Positions 10,163-21,374 of a stretch of 33,388 nucleotides of DNA are shown piece by piece (position 1 is the first letter of the stretch; the number at the start of each line of letters is the position of its first letter). The notes below the pieces were generated by a model. That model searched no databases, had not been told where the DNA came from, and was given only the letters and a program-made list of their open reading frames with translations. Origin of the DNA: Octopus bimaculoides (lineage: Eukaryota); the NCBI RefSeq assembly GCF_001194135.2, contig NC_068989.1, positions 23,354,876 through 23,388,263 on the forward strand, read 5' to 3'. The translations under genes and the position numbers were made by a program.

Positions 10163-10645
10163 TGTAGTTTGGATAGCTGTCATGGTGGTATTTACCTTAC
10201 GATGAGTTAGGCCTAACGATAACAACAATCGTCTCACACTGTGTCCAACAAACCTTCTATATCCAACTTCGATTGGAAAATGCTCCACTTTCCAGCCTGT
10301 GTCTTCACATTTCTCGAGGAGGTTTACATAACAGTCAATCTTTCGAGCCCACGCAGCGGCGTCCATGTTATCTTCATGAGGACCCGTTAACTCGACTAGA
10401 TTTACAACTTTCCTTCTTTCACACCACATTAAAATGTCCGGTTTTTCCGTAACTGGGATGGGAAAGAATCCCTGGCACTCGGGTAAATCTGCAGTCACTT
10501 TCCAATAGCCGTTCCACTTTTCATCTCTCACAGGAAGTTTCTTGTTCTTCTTCTTGAAACGGATCTGCTGACCTGAGCGCTTGAAGGTAATAAAATCTCC
10601 AGATGGTACTTTCAACGGTTTTTTGTCAGTCGATGTCTTTTTACT
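10163..10645 (-). mobile_element. Hero-clade RLE endonuclease fragment (second family)
   Basis: DEKWNGYWKVTADLP...KPDILMWC...VELTGPHEDNMD...RK...GWKVEHFPIEVGYRRFVG aligns by eye to the RLE of the element at 2556-3895 (DERWKGYWELATDL...DLVIW...LELTVPWEEN). Boundaries are approximate. Confidence 0.85.
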
Positions 10646-10802
10646 TACAAATGATGCAAATGTGTTTGTGTAGCAAGTAGCACTGACAAAACATAGTGGC
10701 CAGTTAGTGTGGCAACCCAGGAAATTTGAAATCATTTGAAATTTTTGTAGCTGCAATTAGTGTCGGATTACTGATTGAGCAGGAGTACAGATTGCTGGAT
10801 TA

Positions 10803-10925
10803 GTGATCATGAACTGTATTACCATTATTGTTGATAGCATTTATGTTTGCTTCATGTGAAATTATTTTCCTTATTATTCCAAGGTGACCCCCAGAGATGA
10901 CTAGAAGCAATACTGTCATATTATC
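10803..10925 (-). pseudogene. Isolated ankyrin-repeat coding fragment
   Basis: Manual translation DNMTVLLLVISGGHLGIIRKIISHEANINAINNNGNTVHDH* fits the ankyrin consensus T.L..A...GH..I...L....A..NA....G.T.LH. It is a single degenerate repeat. Confidence 0.55.
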
Positions 10926-11009
10926 AGAGTTTTTGATTTCTAATTTCAATGAATCCTTTGTGGAGGTAAAAATAGAATTTATATATATGTATATATAGGT
11001 ATGTATAAT

Positions 11010-11800
11010 TGAAAAAGTTCTTTATAGTTTAATATGCAAAGGTGGTAAAAAAATTCTATCACTTTTCACAAGTGGTTTGTGCATGTGTTTTCCTTGCTCA
11101 GTTTCATCTCGGATCGGCCAATCCTTGCGTACATAGTGTTCAGCTCTTGTTCTGGAATTCCATAAGCACAGGAAGCAGCAAAATTTAGTATAGCCAAGCT
11201 GAAGGCCAGTAGGCATGGCCACAACCTTAAAATCTGCACAAATATGCCAGGTGTGGTTATCATACTGTATGCTTGTTAGAATTGCTTTCAGATTTTCATA
11301 TAATTCTTTCATGGTTGTCCTATAAGCTATGGGAACATAAGGTAGAGTGTTACCATTGTGTTGCTGAACAGCTTTGATCTATGAAAAGTCGCCAGTTGGT
11401 TTTATCATATGGTATTTCCAGTTGCTCAGAAAGTTCAGTGATGTCATTACAAAGGCATAAGTCATCCTTCATGGTGAATAATGCAAGCAGATCCTCCGTA
11501 CGTTTTCTGTACAGTGTTATCTTCACTCCTTTCTCAAGATTACGTTTTTGGAGCCCTGATGTCATAAACTCACTTTTCTCTGTGCTTAAATAGAGAGCTC
11601 TGCACAAGTCATTTAGAGCCTCTTGAGAAAATGGTATTGGTTTATTCTCACTTTCTCGATCATTGGGCTCCATTCACCACTGGAATGTTCATCAGCACTG
11701 CTGGAACTCTGCATTTCTTGATCTGGAGGTTTGGGCACAGGTAAATTTTCTGAGTGCTCTACTGGGCGCATTGCTGATTGCAAATTTGGGTAAACAATGT
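11010..11800 (-). mobile_element. Chapaev3/CMC-like transposase internal fragment (decayed)
   Basis: YPNLQSAMRPVEHSENLPVPKPP, FSQEALNDLCR.L.LS.EKSE, WRLFID, QYDNHTWHICADFKVV...LQLGYTKFCCFLCLWNSR and LPPLHIKL occur across several frames. Same protein family as 1-264. Confidence 0.85.
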
Positions 11801-11812
11801 GTTTCTTTAATA

Positions 11813-12089
11813 CTAGTTTAAATTGAAATTTACAATACACTCATACAATTTCTGTAATAGATCATATTTCTCATATCTCCGCCGCCACATGAATTCACAA
11901 AGATATGAGTCTATCATAGAACGTTGTGTACCACACCGTCGCTTGTTAGCCCGTTTTACACACGCCCACGTACTTTCAATTTGTTGCGTGTGCGTGTTAT
12001 TTAACGGGTTAACAAACTCGACACTGTGGTTCACCGTTTTATGTTGAAAGTTGTACCCCTCGATCTCCGGAATATGAGAATACGCCCTC
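11813..12089 (-). mobile_element. Merlin (IS1595/ISXO2-like) transposase C-terminal fragment
   Basis: RAYSHI...HKTVNHSVEFVNP..NTHTQQIESTWACVK...G......SYLCEFMWRRRY is the characteristic C-terminal half of the ISXO2-like DDE domain. It is cut by the N gap. Confidence 0.87.
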
Positions 12090-12360
12090 NNNNNNNNNNN
12101 NNNNNNNNNNNNNNNNNNNNNNNNNNNNNNNNNNNNNNNNNNNNNNNNNNNNNNNNNNNNNNNNNNNNNNNNNNNNNNNNNNNNNNNNNTATATATATAT
12201 ATGCACATACACGGAGTAGATGAAACAGGAACAACTGACGAAGGGGTATACTCTTTAGGTTGCATGTCTCGTTTCTCTGTTGTTCGTTGTTCGAAAAAAA
12301 TAGTTCGTTTTCTATGTTTTCATTTCTCATTGTGTTTAACATTTTTTGATGTCCTGTACC

Positions 12361-12529
12361 CATATATGCATGTATATATACATATATATATGTAGGTATG
12401 TACATATATGTATGGATATATGCATATATTTATATATTATTTATATTATTATATATATAGATATACACGTGTGTGTGTGTGTGTGTGTATATATGTGTGT
12501 GTGTGTGTGTATATATATGTGTGTGTGTG

Positions 12530-12573
<44 letters not shown>

Positions 12574-12986
12574 CATACATACACGTGTATGTGTGTCTGT
12601 ATATGTGCATATACAAACATACACTTGTGTGTGTGTGTGTGTGTATATATATATGTGTATGTTTATATATATATATGTATATATACACTGGTATATACGT
12701 TTATGATTTAGTTTTTTGTTTGTTTGATTTACTGTTTTGCCTGTATATATATATGTGTACAAATATGCACACACGTCTGTGACAAACTGGTGTCCTGCCC
12801 AGGTTGAGTGGAATATACACTCTGCAGACCCCAAGACCCCAGCCTTATCAGCCTTCTTGGAAAGAAACTTCTCTCCTTTTGATATTTATACACACACATA
12901 TATGTATGTTTGTATGTGTATATACATATATGTATGTATACATACATACGTACACGTGTGTGTATGTATATGTATATATACATACA

Positions 12987-13043
<57 letters not shown>

Positions 13044-13180
13044 GGATGTGTATATATATATATATACATGGATGTGTATATATATATATATACATGGATG
13101 TGTATATATATATATACACACATGGATGTGTATGTATGTATGTGTATATATATGTATACACATACATGCACATACATATT
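12361..13180. repeat. Compound (TA)n/(TG)n/(CA)n microsatellite field including four CATGGATGTG(TA)n units at 13041-13130
   Basis: Direct inspection. This field produces the many spurious YI/CV/HT-rich ORFs. Confidence 0.97.
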
Positions 13181-13950
13181 TATGATTTACTTCTTTTTGT
13201 TTTTGGAGAAAGAAGCAACTACTAATGTAAATTATGAAATGAAAAAAAAATCCTTTCATTTATATATCTGTTGATATATGGCTTCTTTGTCAGGAGGTAA
13301 CAAAAAATAGTCATAGCCAAAAAATCACTGCAATTGTGTTTTATTGTTTTTCATTTTTGTTTGGTATTTGTATCATTGTACTTCTGATATTCATTAAAAA
13401 GTTTTTAGAAAAAATCATATTTGTTGAGTTGTGTTTCTTTTTGTGATAATTAGGGTAATGTCCACCTATAAATGATCAACATCAACTGTACCCACCTCTT
13501 CACGATGTGACCATTAGAGGGCACTGACCCGCTTTTCCTCTTTCACATCATCATTGTGATTTCGAGAATAAATTTAGTCCTTCCTACACTTGAAGATGAC
13601 ATATCACTTAAGTGAAAGTGATTTTGAATTTGTCTGCCAAATCACCATTTCTCAACAAATCTTTCCAAGAATTTACACACTGACAAACCTCAAACATTTA
13701 TATAGATATAAGATCAGGGGTCGGCAAATTTATATCATTGATCTCTTCATGGAATTGTTGAGGTCTTATTGATCCCCCATCATGTAATTTTTTGAAGATA
13801 AAATTAAAATATGTGATTAATAAAAAAAATTCTTCACTTAAAAAACAAAATTCCTTCATTCTTTTGTGCTATTACCACTTTTTTAAATGAGAAATTTACT
13901 GCAAATGCTCGAAGAAATTGATAAAATCAATCGTATTATATATTCGAAGT

Positions 13951-14333
13951 GGAGGCGCAATGGCCCAGTGGTTAGGGCAGTGGACTTGCGTTCATAGGAT
14001 CGCGGTTTCGATTCCCAGACCTGGCGTTGTGAGTGTTTATTGAGCGAAAACACTTAAAGCTCCATGAGGCTCCGGCAGGGGATGGTGGCGAACCCTGTTG
14101 TACTCTTTCACCACAACATTCTCTCACTCTTACTTCCTGTTTCTGTTGTGCCTGTAATTCAAAGGGCCAGCCTTGTCACACTGTGTCACGCTGAATATCC
14201 CCGAGAACTACGTTAAGGGTACACGTGTCTGTGGAGTGCTCAGCCACTTGCACGTTATTTTCACGAGCAGGCTGTTCCGTTGATCGAATCAACTGGAACC
14301 CTCGACGTCGTAAGCGACGGAGCGTCAACAACA
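13951..14333 (+). mobile_element. tRNA-derived SINE, full length (~380 bp)
   Basis: Head GGAGGCGCAATGGCCCAGTGGTTAGGG contains an A box and GGTTTCGATTCC a B box. A non-tRNA body follows, with a short (CAA)n tail. Confidence 0.85.
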
Positions 14334-15165
14334 TATAGCCGAAATATTTAATGTAAAATATGTGTTTGGTAGAAGCTAGTTATTGTGTTTATGTATGACT
14401 GGAAATTAGTTTTATCTTTAAATTACCAGGCTTTTGCAGAATTAGTTTGCTAATAATTCAGCACTCGTAATGCTCCAAATTGTTGTAGGTGTTTATTGAC
14501 CCATTGGATAAGTTTTGGGTGTTTAACCCACTCACTTCTTCAATGGTATCTATTGATCACTTTACTAATCCCTGATATAGATAAATGGCAAAAGTGCAAC
14601 CATACCATTTTTGGAGAAAAGGAATTGAGAAAAAAAAATTTCACTACAGAAAAATAAGCAAAAAAAAAAAAAAAAAANNNNNNNNNNAAAAAAAAAAAAA
14701 AAAAAATTTTAATAACAATAGAAATAACGGCTTCATTATTAAAATTAATGAAAAAGTCATTGCATTAGTCATTAAGATTTTAAATATAGTTTACAACTTC
14801 AGTAAAAAAAGAAACCGATTGTTACCGAACACTCTGGATGAAATAGAACTCCAAATTTAGAATGGAATAAATTTAAGAAATTGCTTGCATACCAAATCTA
14901 TTGAATAATGAAATTTTTTTTTATAAAACAAGCTGACCCCGTGATAGTTGAGTTTAATTTGAAACAACCACCTGGTAGTAAATATCAATATAGCATATAG
15001 ATGTTTTATTTATAAGTCATATCATCAATATTATATAATGTCCAACCAATGCTAGCATGGAAAGCGGGCGTTAACGATGATGATGATGACGACGACATTA
15101 CGTGTCATCGTATTCCTTTATTCTTTCACTTCTTTCAGTTATTTGGGTATTAAGATAGTAGCCAA

Positions 15166-15380
15166 AGGCGGCGAGCTGGCAGAATCGTTAGCACGTCGGG
15201 CGAAAGACTTAGCGGTATTTCGTCTGCTGTGACGTTCTGAGTTCAAATTCCGCCGAGGTCGACTTTGCCTTTCATCCTTTCGGGGTCGATAAATTAAGTG
15301 CCAGTTACGCACTGGGGTCGATCTAATCGACTTAATCCCTTTGTCTGTCTTTGTTTGCCCCTCTATGTTTAGCCCCTTGT

Positions 15381-15409
<29 letters not shown>
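15166..15409 (+). mobile_element. SINE family A, full length with poly(A) tail and 14-bp TSD
   Basis: Head GGCGGCGAGCTGGCAGAATCGTTAGC...GAGTTCAAATTCC, an A-tail, and TSD AAGATAGTAGCCAA at 15152-15165 and 15410-15423. Confidence 0.93.
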
Positions 15410-15411
<2 letters not shown>

Positions 15412-15423
15412 GATAGTAGCCAA

Positions 15424-16116
15424 CTATGCCGAAATTCATGTCAGAAATCGAGGATGTTGGGAGTAAAAAACGCTGATTGTGGCTGATGGATGGAAACATG
15501 AAGCGAGAAACCGAAGTGTTGATTATAGCCGCTCAGGGACCAGTCATTAGGACGACTTTGATAAAGGTAATTCTTCTTTCTCTCAGATTCTGTGAGGAAG
15601 ATGAAATTATCAAGCATCTCTTGAGTGAATGCAGTTGCTAGCACAAAAAAAAAAAAAGAATAAATAAGTGCAGGCATAATTTTGTAGGTAAAAGAGTGTA
15701 TTGGGATGTTAACCGAATGTGTGAATTCAAAGTAATAAAGTGGTTTGAACACGAATCAGAGGCTGTAATAGAGAATAAGAATTACATGATTTTATGGGCT
15801 TCACCCATAATGACTGACTATATTATCAAGGCAAAAAGACCAGACACCGTTGTGTAAGACCATAGACTTTACAGTACCATGACAACAGAGTGGATACCAA
15901 ATTTGAAAAGATCGAGAAATATCAGGACCTAGCCACAGAGAGAGAGAGTGTAGAAGAACTTGACAATTATTCCCGTGGTGATTGGTGCACTTGGCACAAC
16001 AACCAGACTGCTACTTAAAAGCCTGAAGGATATTGGAATTGAGATTCGCATTGTCAACCTGCAGAAAGATACAACACTATTCTGCTAGAATCCTGAGGAA
16101 GATTCTCGAGACATGA
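15424..16116 (+). mobile_element. R4/Dong-clade non-LTR retrotransposon 3' fragment (RLE), decayed
   Basis: WLMDGNMKRETEVLIIAAQ, KWFEHE...V.EN, AKRPD, KYQDLA, IPVVIGALG and ARILRKILET* in shifting plus-strand frames. Confidence 0.87.
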
Positions 16117-16172
16117 AGTGATTTGTCACCAAACCTCAAGAGAACATCTTTTCTAAATAATGTAATATGTGG

Positions 16173-16419
16173 TAATAATAATAATAATAATAATAATCCT
16201 TTCTACTATAGGCACAAGACCTGAAATGGTGGTGGTGGTGGGAGGAGGATAATCGATTACATCGACCTCACTATGCAAACTGGTACTTAACTTATCAATT
16301 CCGAAAGGATGAAAGGCAAAGTCGACTTCGGCGGAATTTGAACTCAGAAGGTAAAGACGGACGAAATACTGCAAAGCATTTTGTCCGGCGTGTTAACGAT
16401 TCTGCCAGCTCACCGCCTT
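16173..16419 (-). mobile_element. SINE family A with (ATT)n tail
   Basis: Reverse complement matches 15166-15409 in the head and central CCTTTCATCCTTTCGG block. Confidence 0.9.
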
Positions 16420-16577
16420 AATAATAATAAAAATAAAATTAATAATAATGTGGAAATTATTACCGTAATAAAATGTTTAAATTATTCTTACATATTTGAG
16501 GAGAATAGTAGGACTTATATATATATTTTCTTAATATTCTATTATTATTATTATTGTCTTTTGCTAAAATTTCAGAC

Positions 16578-16791
16578 AATAATCTTTTCTAGGCACAAGG
16601 CCTGAAATTTATGGGGAGGGGGCCAGTCGATTAGATCAACTGTACGCAACTGTTACTTAATTTAATCGACCCCGAAAGGATGAAAGGCAAAGTCGACCTC
16701 GGCGGAATTTGAACTCAGAACGTAAGGACAGACGAAATACCGTTAAGCATTTTGCCCGGCGCGCTAACGTTTCTGCCAGGTCGCAGCCTTA
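16578..16791 (-). mobile_element. SINE family A with 12-bp TSD
   Basis: Homologous to 15166-15409. TSD AAAATTTCAGAC at 16566-16577 and 16792-16803. Confidence 0.92.
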
Positions 16792-16854
16792 AAAATTTCA
16801 GACTCTTATTGATTTCAGAATCTTTATACAGAACTTGTGGTTAAAAATTAAGCA

Positions 16855-16936
16855 GACCAGGTGGCCGAGTGGTTGAGGCGATGGACTGCTAATCCATTGG
16901 GGTCTCCCCGCGTGAGTTCGAATCTCATCCTCGTCG
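16855..16936 (+). tRNA. tRNA-Ser(GCT): tRNA-Ser(GCT), variant copy and possible pseudogene
   Basis: 82-nt cloverleaf with a long variable arm, anticodon loop CTGCTAA and a T-run terminator at ~16943. It differs from the 26959 copy by G4C (C:C mismatch in the acceptor stem) and A21G. Confidence 0.9.
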
Positions 16937-16952
16937 ATTAGCTTTTTTTTTT

Positions 16953-16997
16953 AAAGGCGGTGCTCCAGCATGGCCACAGTCAAATGACTGAAACAAG
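16953..16997 (+). mobile_element. 3' tail of SINE family B directly after the tRNA terminator
   Basis: AAAGGCGGTGCTCCAGCATGGCCACAGTCAAATGACTGAAACAAG matches the 3' end of the element at 22520-22889 (reverse complement). Confidence 0.8.
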
Positions 16998-17669
16998 TAA
17001 AAAAGTAATTCAGCGAACTGGTTGTTAAAATTTTGGCATCTCATCGGCAACAATATGCAAAATGTTACTTAATGATCAAAACCTAAAGTTAGTTAGTTAA
17101 CATGGCAAATAGTAACTGCAAAAAATTGCATCGTGCAAGTAGCACCCACACAGCTTACATGAACTACTCTATTTTTCAGCAACGGCTCAGTAAACTGCTT
17201 TGTACCAATAATGAAGACTGAAATAATTTACGAGACACCCAGCTATGTATCTGTAAACTCATTGAATTATACATCTTTGATTGCAAATACAATTCTGAAG
17301 CGTTTGTTTTTCGAGTTGATGTTATTTCTCTCGACTAAAAATAATATTTAGGTTTACGTGAGGGCTTCTTTTAGAGTCGTTATACGAACCCCAGATATAT
17401 ATTTAAATTCGTATGTTAAGAACACAGCAACTATTTCAAGTTATATATTGCAATTAAAAGAAAAGTATATTTTAAAATCTTTTAAAACAACATTCTAAAC
17501 AGAAAGCGATGTTAATGAGCAAGCGTCATCATGAAAATAATTCTAACTCAATAAATTATACCCCCCCCCCCCCAAAAAAAAACGAACTAAATTAATCTGT
17601 CTGTTATATATCGTTGCACTATCAAAAGTTTACCAAGCGGGAAACGAAGAAGCCAATCAGAAGCGATCT

Positions 17670-17858
17670 GAACGTCAGACGAGATGTGGTATCTGCTTCG
17701 GATCTTTGCGTTCTAAGTTCACATTTCGCCGAGGTGTGATAGAGGTCGCAATTGATTCAGACAATTGACTAATATGGAGCATAGGCTTATAACCAACAGC
17801 TACAATGGGAGGTTGAAGCTTCATCCAGCTGTAGATCATACGGCTGAATAGAATAGTT
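17670..17858 (+). repeat. Composite repeat copy 1: SINE-A-like head plus a distinct ~120-bp body with terminal hairpin
   Basis: Collinear with 19824-20021. Confidence 0.75.
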
Positions 17859-18036
17859 AAACGGTTTAACGGAATGGTAAGGAATATCGAATGAGTATAC
17901 TCGGACGTATCCTTTATTCGTTACGGGGTTCAAGAATCAATGGTTTGTTTCATTACCATTTGTGTTGTTTCTTAGAAGTACCTTTTGCGTAACATTAGAC
18001 ACCAGAGAGAAAAAACGCGATCACACCGGCCTCTAT

Positions 18037-18375
18037 GTAGTCGCCTGACTTGCTAGAAATAGCAGCCAAGTTTCCTTCAAATTACTCCTTACCATCTTAA
18101 AAAAAGCGGGCACATTGAATAATGTGATTCTAGGAATACTGCGTTTGAAGAACGATCTCGTTACAGTTGGTATGTCGTTTGATCATAGGACTGTACAATC
18201 AGAGCTAAGCTGAGATTAAATAATGTCAGAAGCAACCATTTGAGAGAGTTAGTAAGTGGTTAATCTAATGCTAGAAGTAGCAGCAAAATCTCAAAACGCA
18301 CCATACCGACTTAAAAAAGAAATATTACATTGGTCAATGTAGTCCAAGATATACAAGGAAATGGGACGGTCACGG
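18037..18375 (+). repeat. Two diverged copies of an unclassified dispersed repeat (TGCTAGAAATAGCAGC core)
   Basis: 18037-18150 aligns by eye with 18269-18375. A reverse-oriented remnant lies at ~29445-29485. Confidence 0.6.
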
Positions 18376-19289
18376 TAGATTGACATTTATCATAAGTCTC
18401 CTCGATAAGAGTTGACCTGGGTCTTAGCACCCTCCTCTTCGTCATCGTCATTACCTACAACAATAACAACGACTGTTCCTTGAGGTCCCTTGTGATTTTG
18501 AAAAAAAAAAAAAAAGGATTTAGTCTGTTGGGTTTTGTATAATACCTTTCAAAAGGAAAATTGAATTTATCATTGATTAACTTTTGCCAGCCATACGTTT
18601 ACTGAAAGAAACCAGAAAAAAAGATTGTCTTATAGAAAACATAGAAATTATTTGAAAATAAGTTGCTGCGGACTTTGTTTGTTGCCAGAGACAGTGTTGA
18701 ATACTAACTTTTGTGAAAGAAAAGAACTTTCTTTTGGCAAAATACCGAATAAATTTACATCAATATAAAAGATATATTTTTAGATCAATATGTCTAATGG
18801 CAGTTTACCAAAATACAAATACCGACAATAATGTAAAAACACAAAACAAAACAAAAAACAACAGGAGAACCCCGCCCATGCAAAGAAAACTAAAAATAAA
18901 ACTTAAAACATCAATTTTATGAACGTTCCAATGATTTGTTTGCATTTTATTTCTAAGAGCCAACTATCTTACGTCACCAAATTATATCTGTTGAGAGACG
19001 AAGACAATGGGTAGAAACAGAGAGAATTGTGAGATGTTTTGCAGTGTTATATCAATGTCTTGAGAGCAAATATTGTTTTGTTTTATTTTTCCATGTTGAT
19101 GTTGATATGGGTTCTACGATCCTACTTCATTGCGGTCTTCAAACGTATCTAATTCCATTCACATCTAAGATTCTCCCCGCTCATCAGTGCTTATTATTTA
19201 TATCACTTCTGTGAAAATGAAATATAAATTTGACTTTGGCTGATCGCAATTTGAATTCATTAAAAAAAATACCACGAGATCCTGATACG

Positions 19290-19555
19290 TTCCAAGCCAG
19301 TGTCTGCAATCAAGTTGTCGACGTAAGTGTGACGACGTTTTCTTCTCTTACATCACCATGAAGAGGGTTCCAAAAGACTAATTTGGATGCTTTCAGTTCA
19401 GAGTGATGCACCAAATAGTCGCCGCCGTCTTTGCCTGATATTCTGACCAACCTTCGGCAGAACCCGTTTGATAATTTCTGTGTCAGTGTCCATGTTTCAC
19501 TGCCATATAATAGCACTGATTCGATAGTTGCAATGAACAACTTGGTTTTGATTGT
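19290..19555 (-). mobile_element. RTE-clade LINE fragment (post-RT region)
   Basis: KTKLFIATIESVLLYGSETWTLT...HSELKASKLVFWNPLHG matches the RTE VLLYG.ETW and LVLW.P.HG pattern. Confidence 0.8.
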
Positions 19556-19560
19556 GAATA

Positions 19561-19750
19561 GCAAAATCGTTAAAGCTTTACAGTATCTAATGAAACTCAA
19601 CGTTCTGTGTCCAAATTCCGTCGAAGACAACTTTACCTTTCTTCCCATCCTGGAGTTGATAAAATGTAGCAACGGAATTGATGTAATCGACGAACCACCC
19701 TTCCCTTAAAACTGCTACTTTGTGCCTAAATGAGAAACATTATTATCAAC
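19561..19750 (+). mobile_element. SINE family A, degenerate
   Basis: CGTTCTGTGTCCAAATTCCGTCGAAGACAACTTTACCTTT...GATGTAATCGAC...TTGTGCCT aligns to family A. Confidence 0.7.
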
Positions 19751-19823
19751 ACTTTTGCCTTTCTCTCTTTCAGAATTGATAAATAAAGAAATAGTCAGGA
19801 GACTTAGATTAGCGGAATTGTTA

Positions 19824-20021
19824 GAACGTCAGACGAGATATCTTGTGGTGTCGGTTTTGGTTCTTTTCGTTCTGAGTTCGAATTTCGCCTAGGTGTGATA
19901 GAGAGGGAGCAGTTGATTCAAACAATTGGCTAGTATGGGACATAGGCTTACAACTAACAGCTGCAATGGAATGTTGAGTCTTCATCCAGCCGTAGGTTTG
20001 CACGGCTGAATAGGATCGTTA
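19824..20021 (+). repeat. Composite repeat copy 2: SINE-A-like head plus the same distinct body
   Basis: Collinear with 17670-17858 and followed directly by a family A SINE (~20010-20210). Confidence 0.75.
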
Positions 20022-20210
20022 GCGCGCCGAATAAAATACTTAGTATTTCTTCTGGATCTTTACGTTCTGAGTTCAAATCTCACCGAGATCAAGTTTGACC
20101 CTAATCCTTCCGTGGTCAATAAAATAAAGAACTAATCAAGTGCAGGGGTCGATATAATCCAGTCCCCTCGCCTCAAAATTACCTGACTTGTGACAAAATT
20201 TGAAACACTT
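20022..20210 (+). mobile_element. SINE family A, degenerate
   Basis: CTTTACGTTCTGAGTTCAAATCTCACCGAG...GGGGTCGATATAATC...CTTGTG. Confidence 0.75.
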
Positions 20211-21374
20211 ATTAACTGTTACGGCACTGAAAACTGAGTCTTTGAATTCTTTTGTGCTACATTTCAGGCAATGTCTTCAGTTAATTCCTCACCCGAAGTT
20301 TTCTTTAACAGTTGTTATGATTTACTGTCTGGTTGGTCTTGATCGAAGATGTTTCAACTGTGACCATCCTGTCTTTTTATGGGTGACTACGGTTACATTG
20401 GCTAACGTGTCCTTCATTTATCAAGTCAGTAGCACGTGAATTAAGTTAGATTGAGATACTTTATCTTGCCTGTGGGTCGAACGGACACGTAGAGATGTTC
20501 TCATGGGATCGCTTTTAGATAACTGTCTTTAGGTCTTGTAGAGCAAAATAATACAATTTCTTCGTTGATCAAGATGTATTTCAAATGAGAAAAGTCAACT
20601 AACTAGTACCTGCAGTAACCTGAAAATAATTCTGTCGACTACATTTCACCTCAACCCATGAAATGTGCCTTTGGGTCTACTGTAACGAAATCAATAAAAT
20701 AATGTAGTTCGGAAATAAAACGTTAGGCTGTTTAATTTTATCCCTCTTGATTTCAAGTTCAAAATCCTGCTTGAACTATCCTTCAGCTGTCAATAAAATA
20801 CTGAAGTGCAGAAAGGTGTACTGTTGCACAATGCAATCATAGGTCTCAAAAGAACAGCGTCGATGAAGCGCCTGTCAGACTCAGCTGACACATGCTCAAT
20901 GTGCTTATGGGCAAAGAGAAACGATATCTGGAGCTGAAATAGAATACTCTAAGCCGTTAAGCAGTTGGAAAATAGAAGGAAATAGATCCACAGTGCAAAT
21001 TCTCTCGGTGGTCTTCGTGGCCGAACGGTAGGCACAACAGCACAAGGAAATAAGATTACCCGAAAGTAAAGGCAGCATTTCAAAAACACGGCTCCCTTAG
21101 TGTCAAGAAGTAACAGACCGAAACACTTGCTTGATAGGAGTTTTCCCTCTGAAAATTTCTCCTGTTGTCTACTTGTTACATATCGAGTTTCCACTTACTA
21201 CTGGTATGGCGGTTAGAATCTTTGACAATGCTCTTCAACAAACAAACCTGAGCTCAATATAGTATGTTGTTGTTTAACCGTAAATTAGACATCATTGAGC
21301 AAACTTATAAAGTAAAGCCACTCTAACGGTGACCATCTCGCTTTTTCCTCGAGTATTTTATGCTGAGGACTATA

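Noticed and set aside
12215-12265. CTGACGA-AGGGGTATACTCTT as a hammerhead core
   Set aside because: No GAAA follows stem II and there is no stem III or cleavage triplet in a valid permutation.
12031-13274. Many overlapping 60-180-aa ORFs rich in YI, CV or HT
   Set aside because: They are translations of dinucleotide microsatellites.
13435-13900. Possible DNA transposon end (GGTAATGTCCACC...)
   Set aside because: No partner TIR, TSD or coding remnant was found in the window.
20855-20940. CGATGAAGCG...GAAACGATATC as a hammerhead
   Set aside because: The core lacks CUGA, and stems II and III and the cleavage site do not pair convincingly.
21010-21045. GGTCTTCGTGGCCGAACGGTAGGC as a tRNA 5' half
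   Set aside because: It has only an A-box-like stretch, with no anticodon arm, B box or acceptor pairing.
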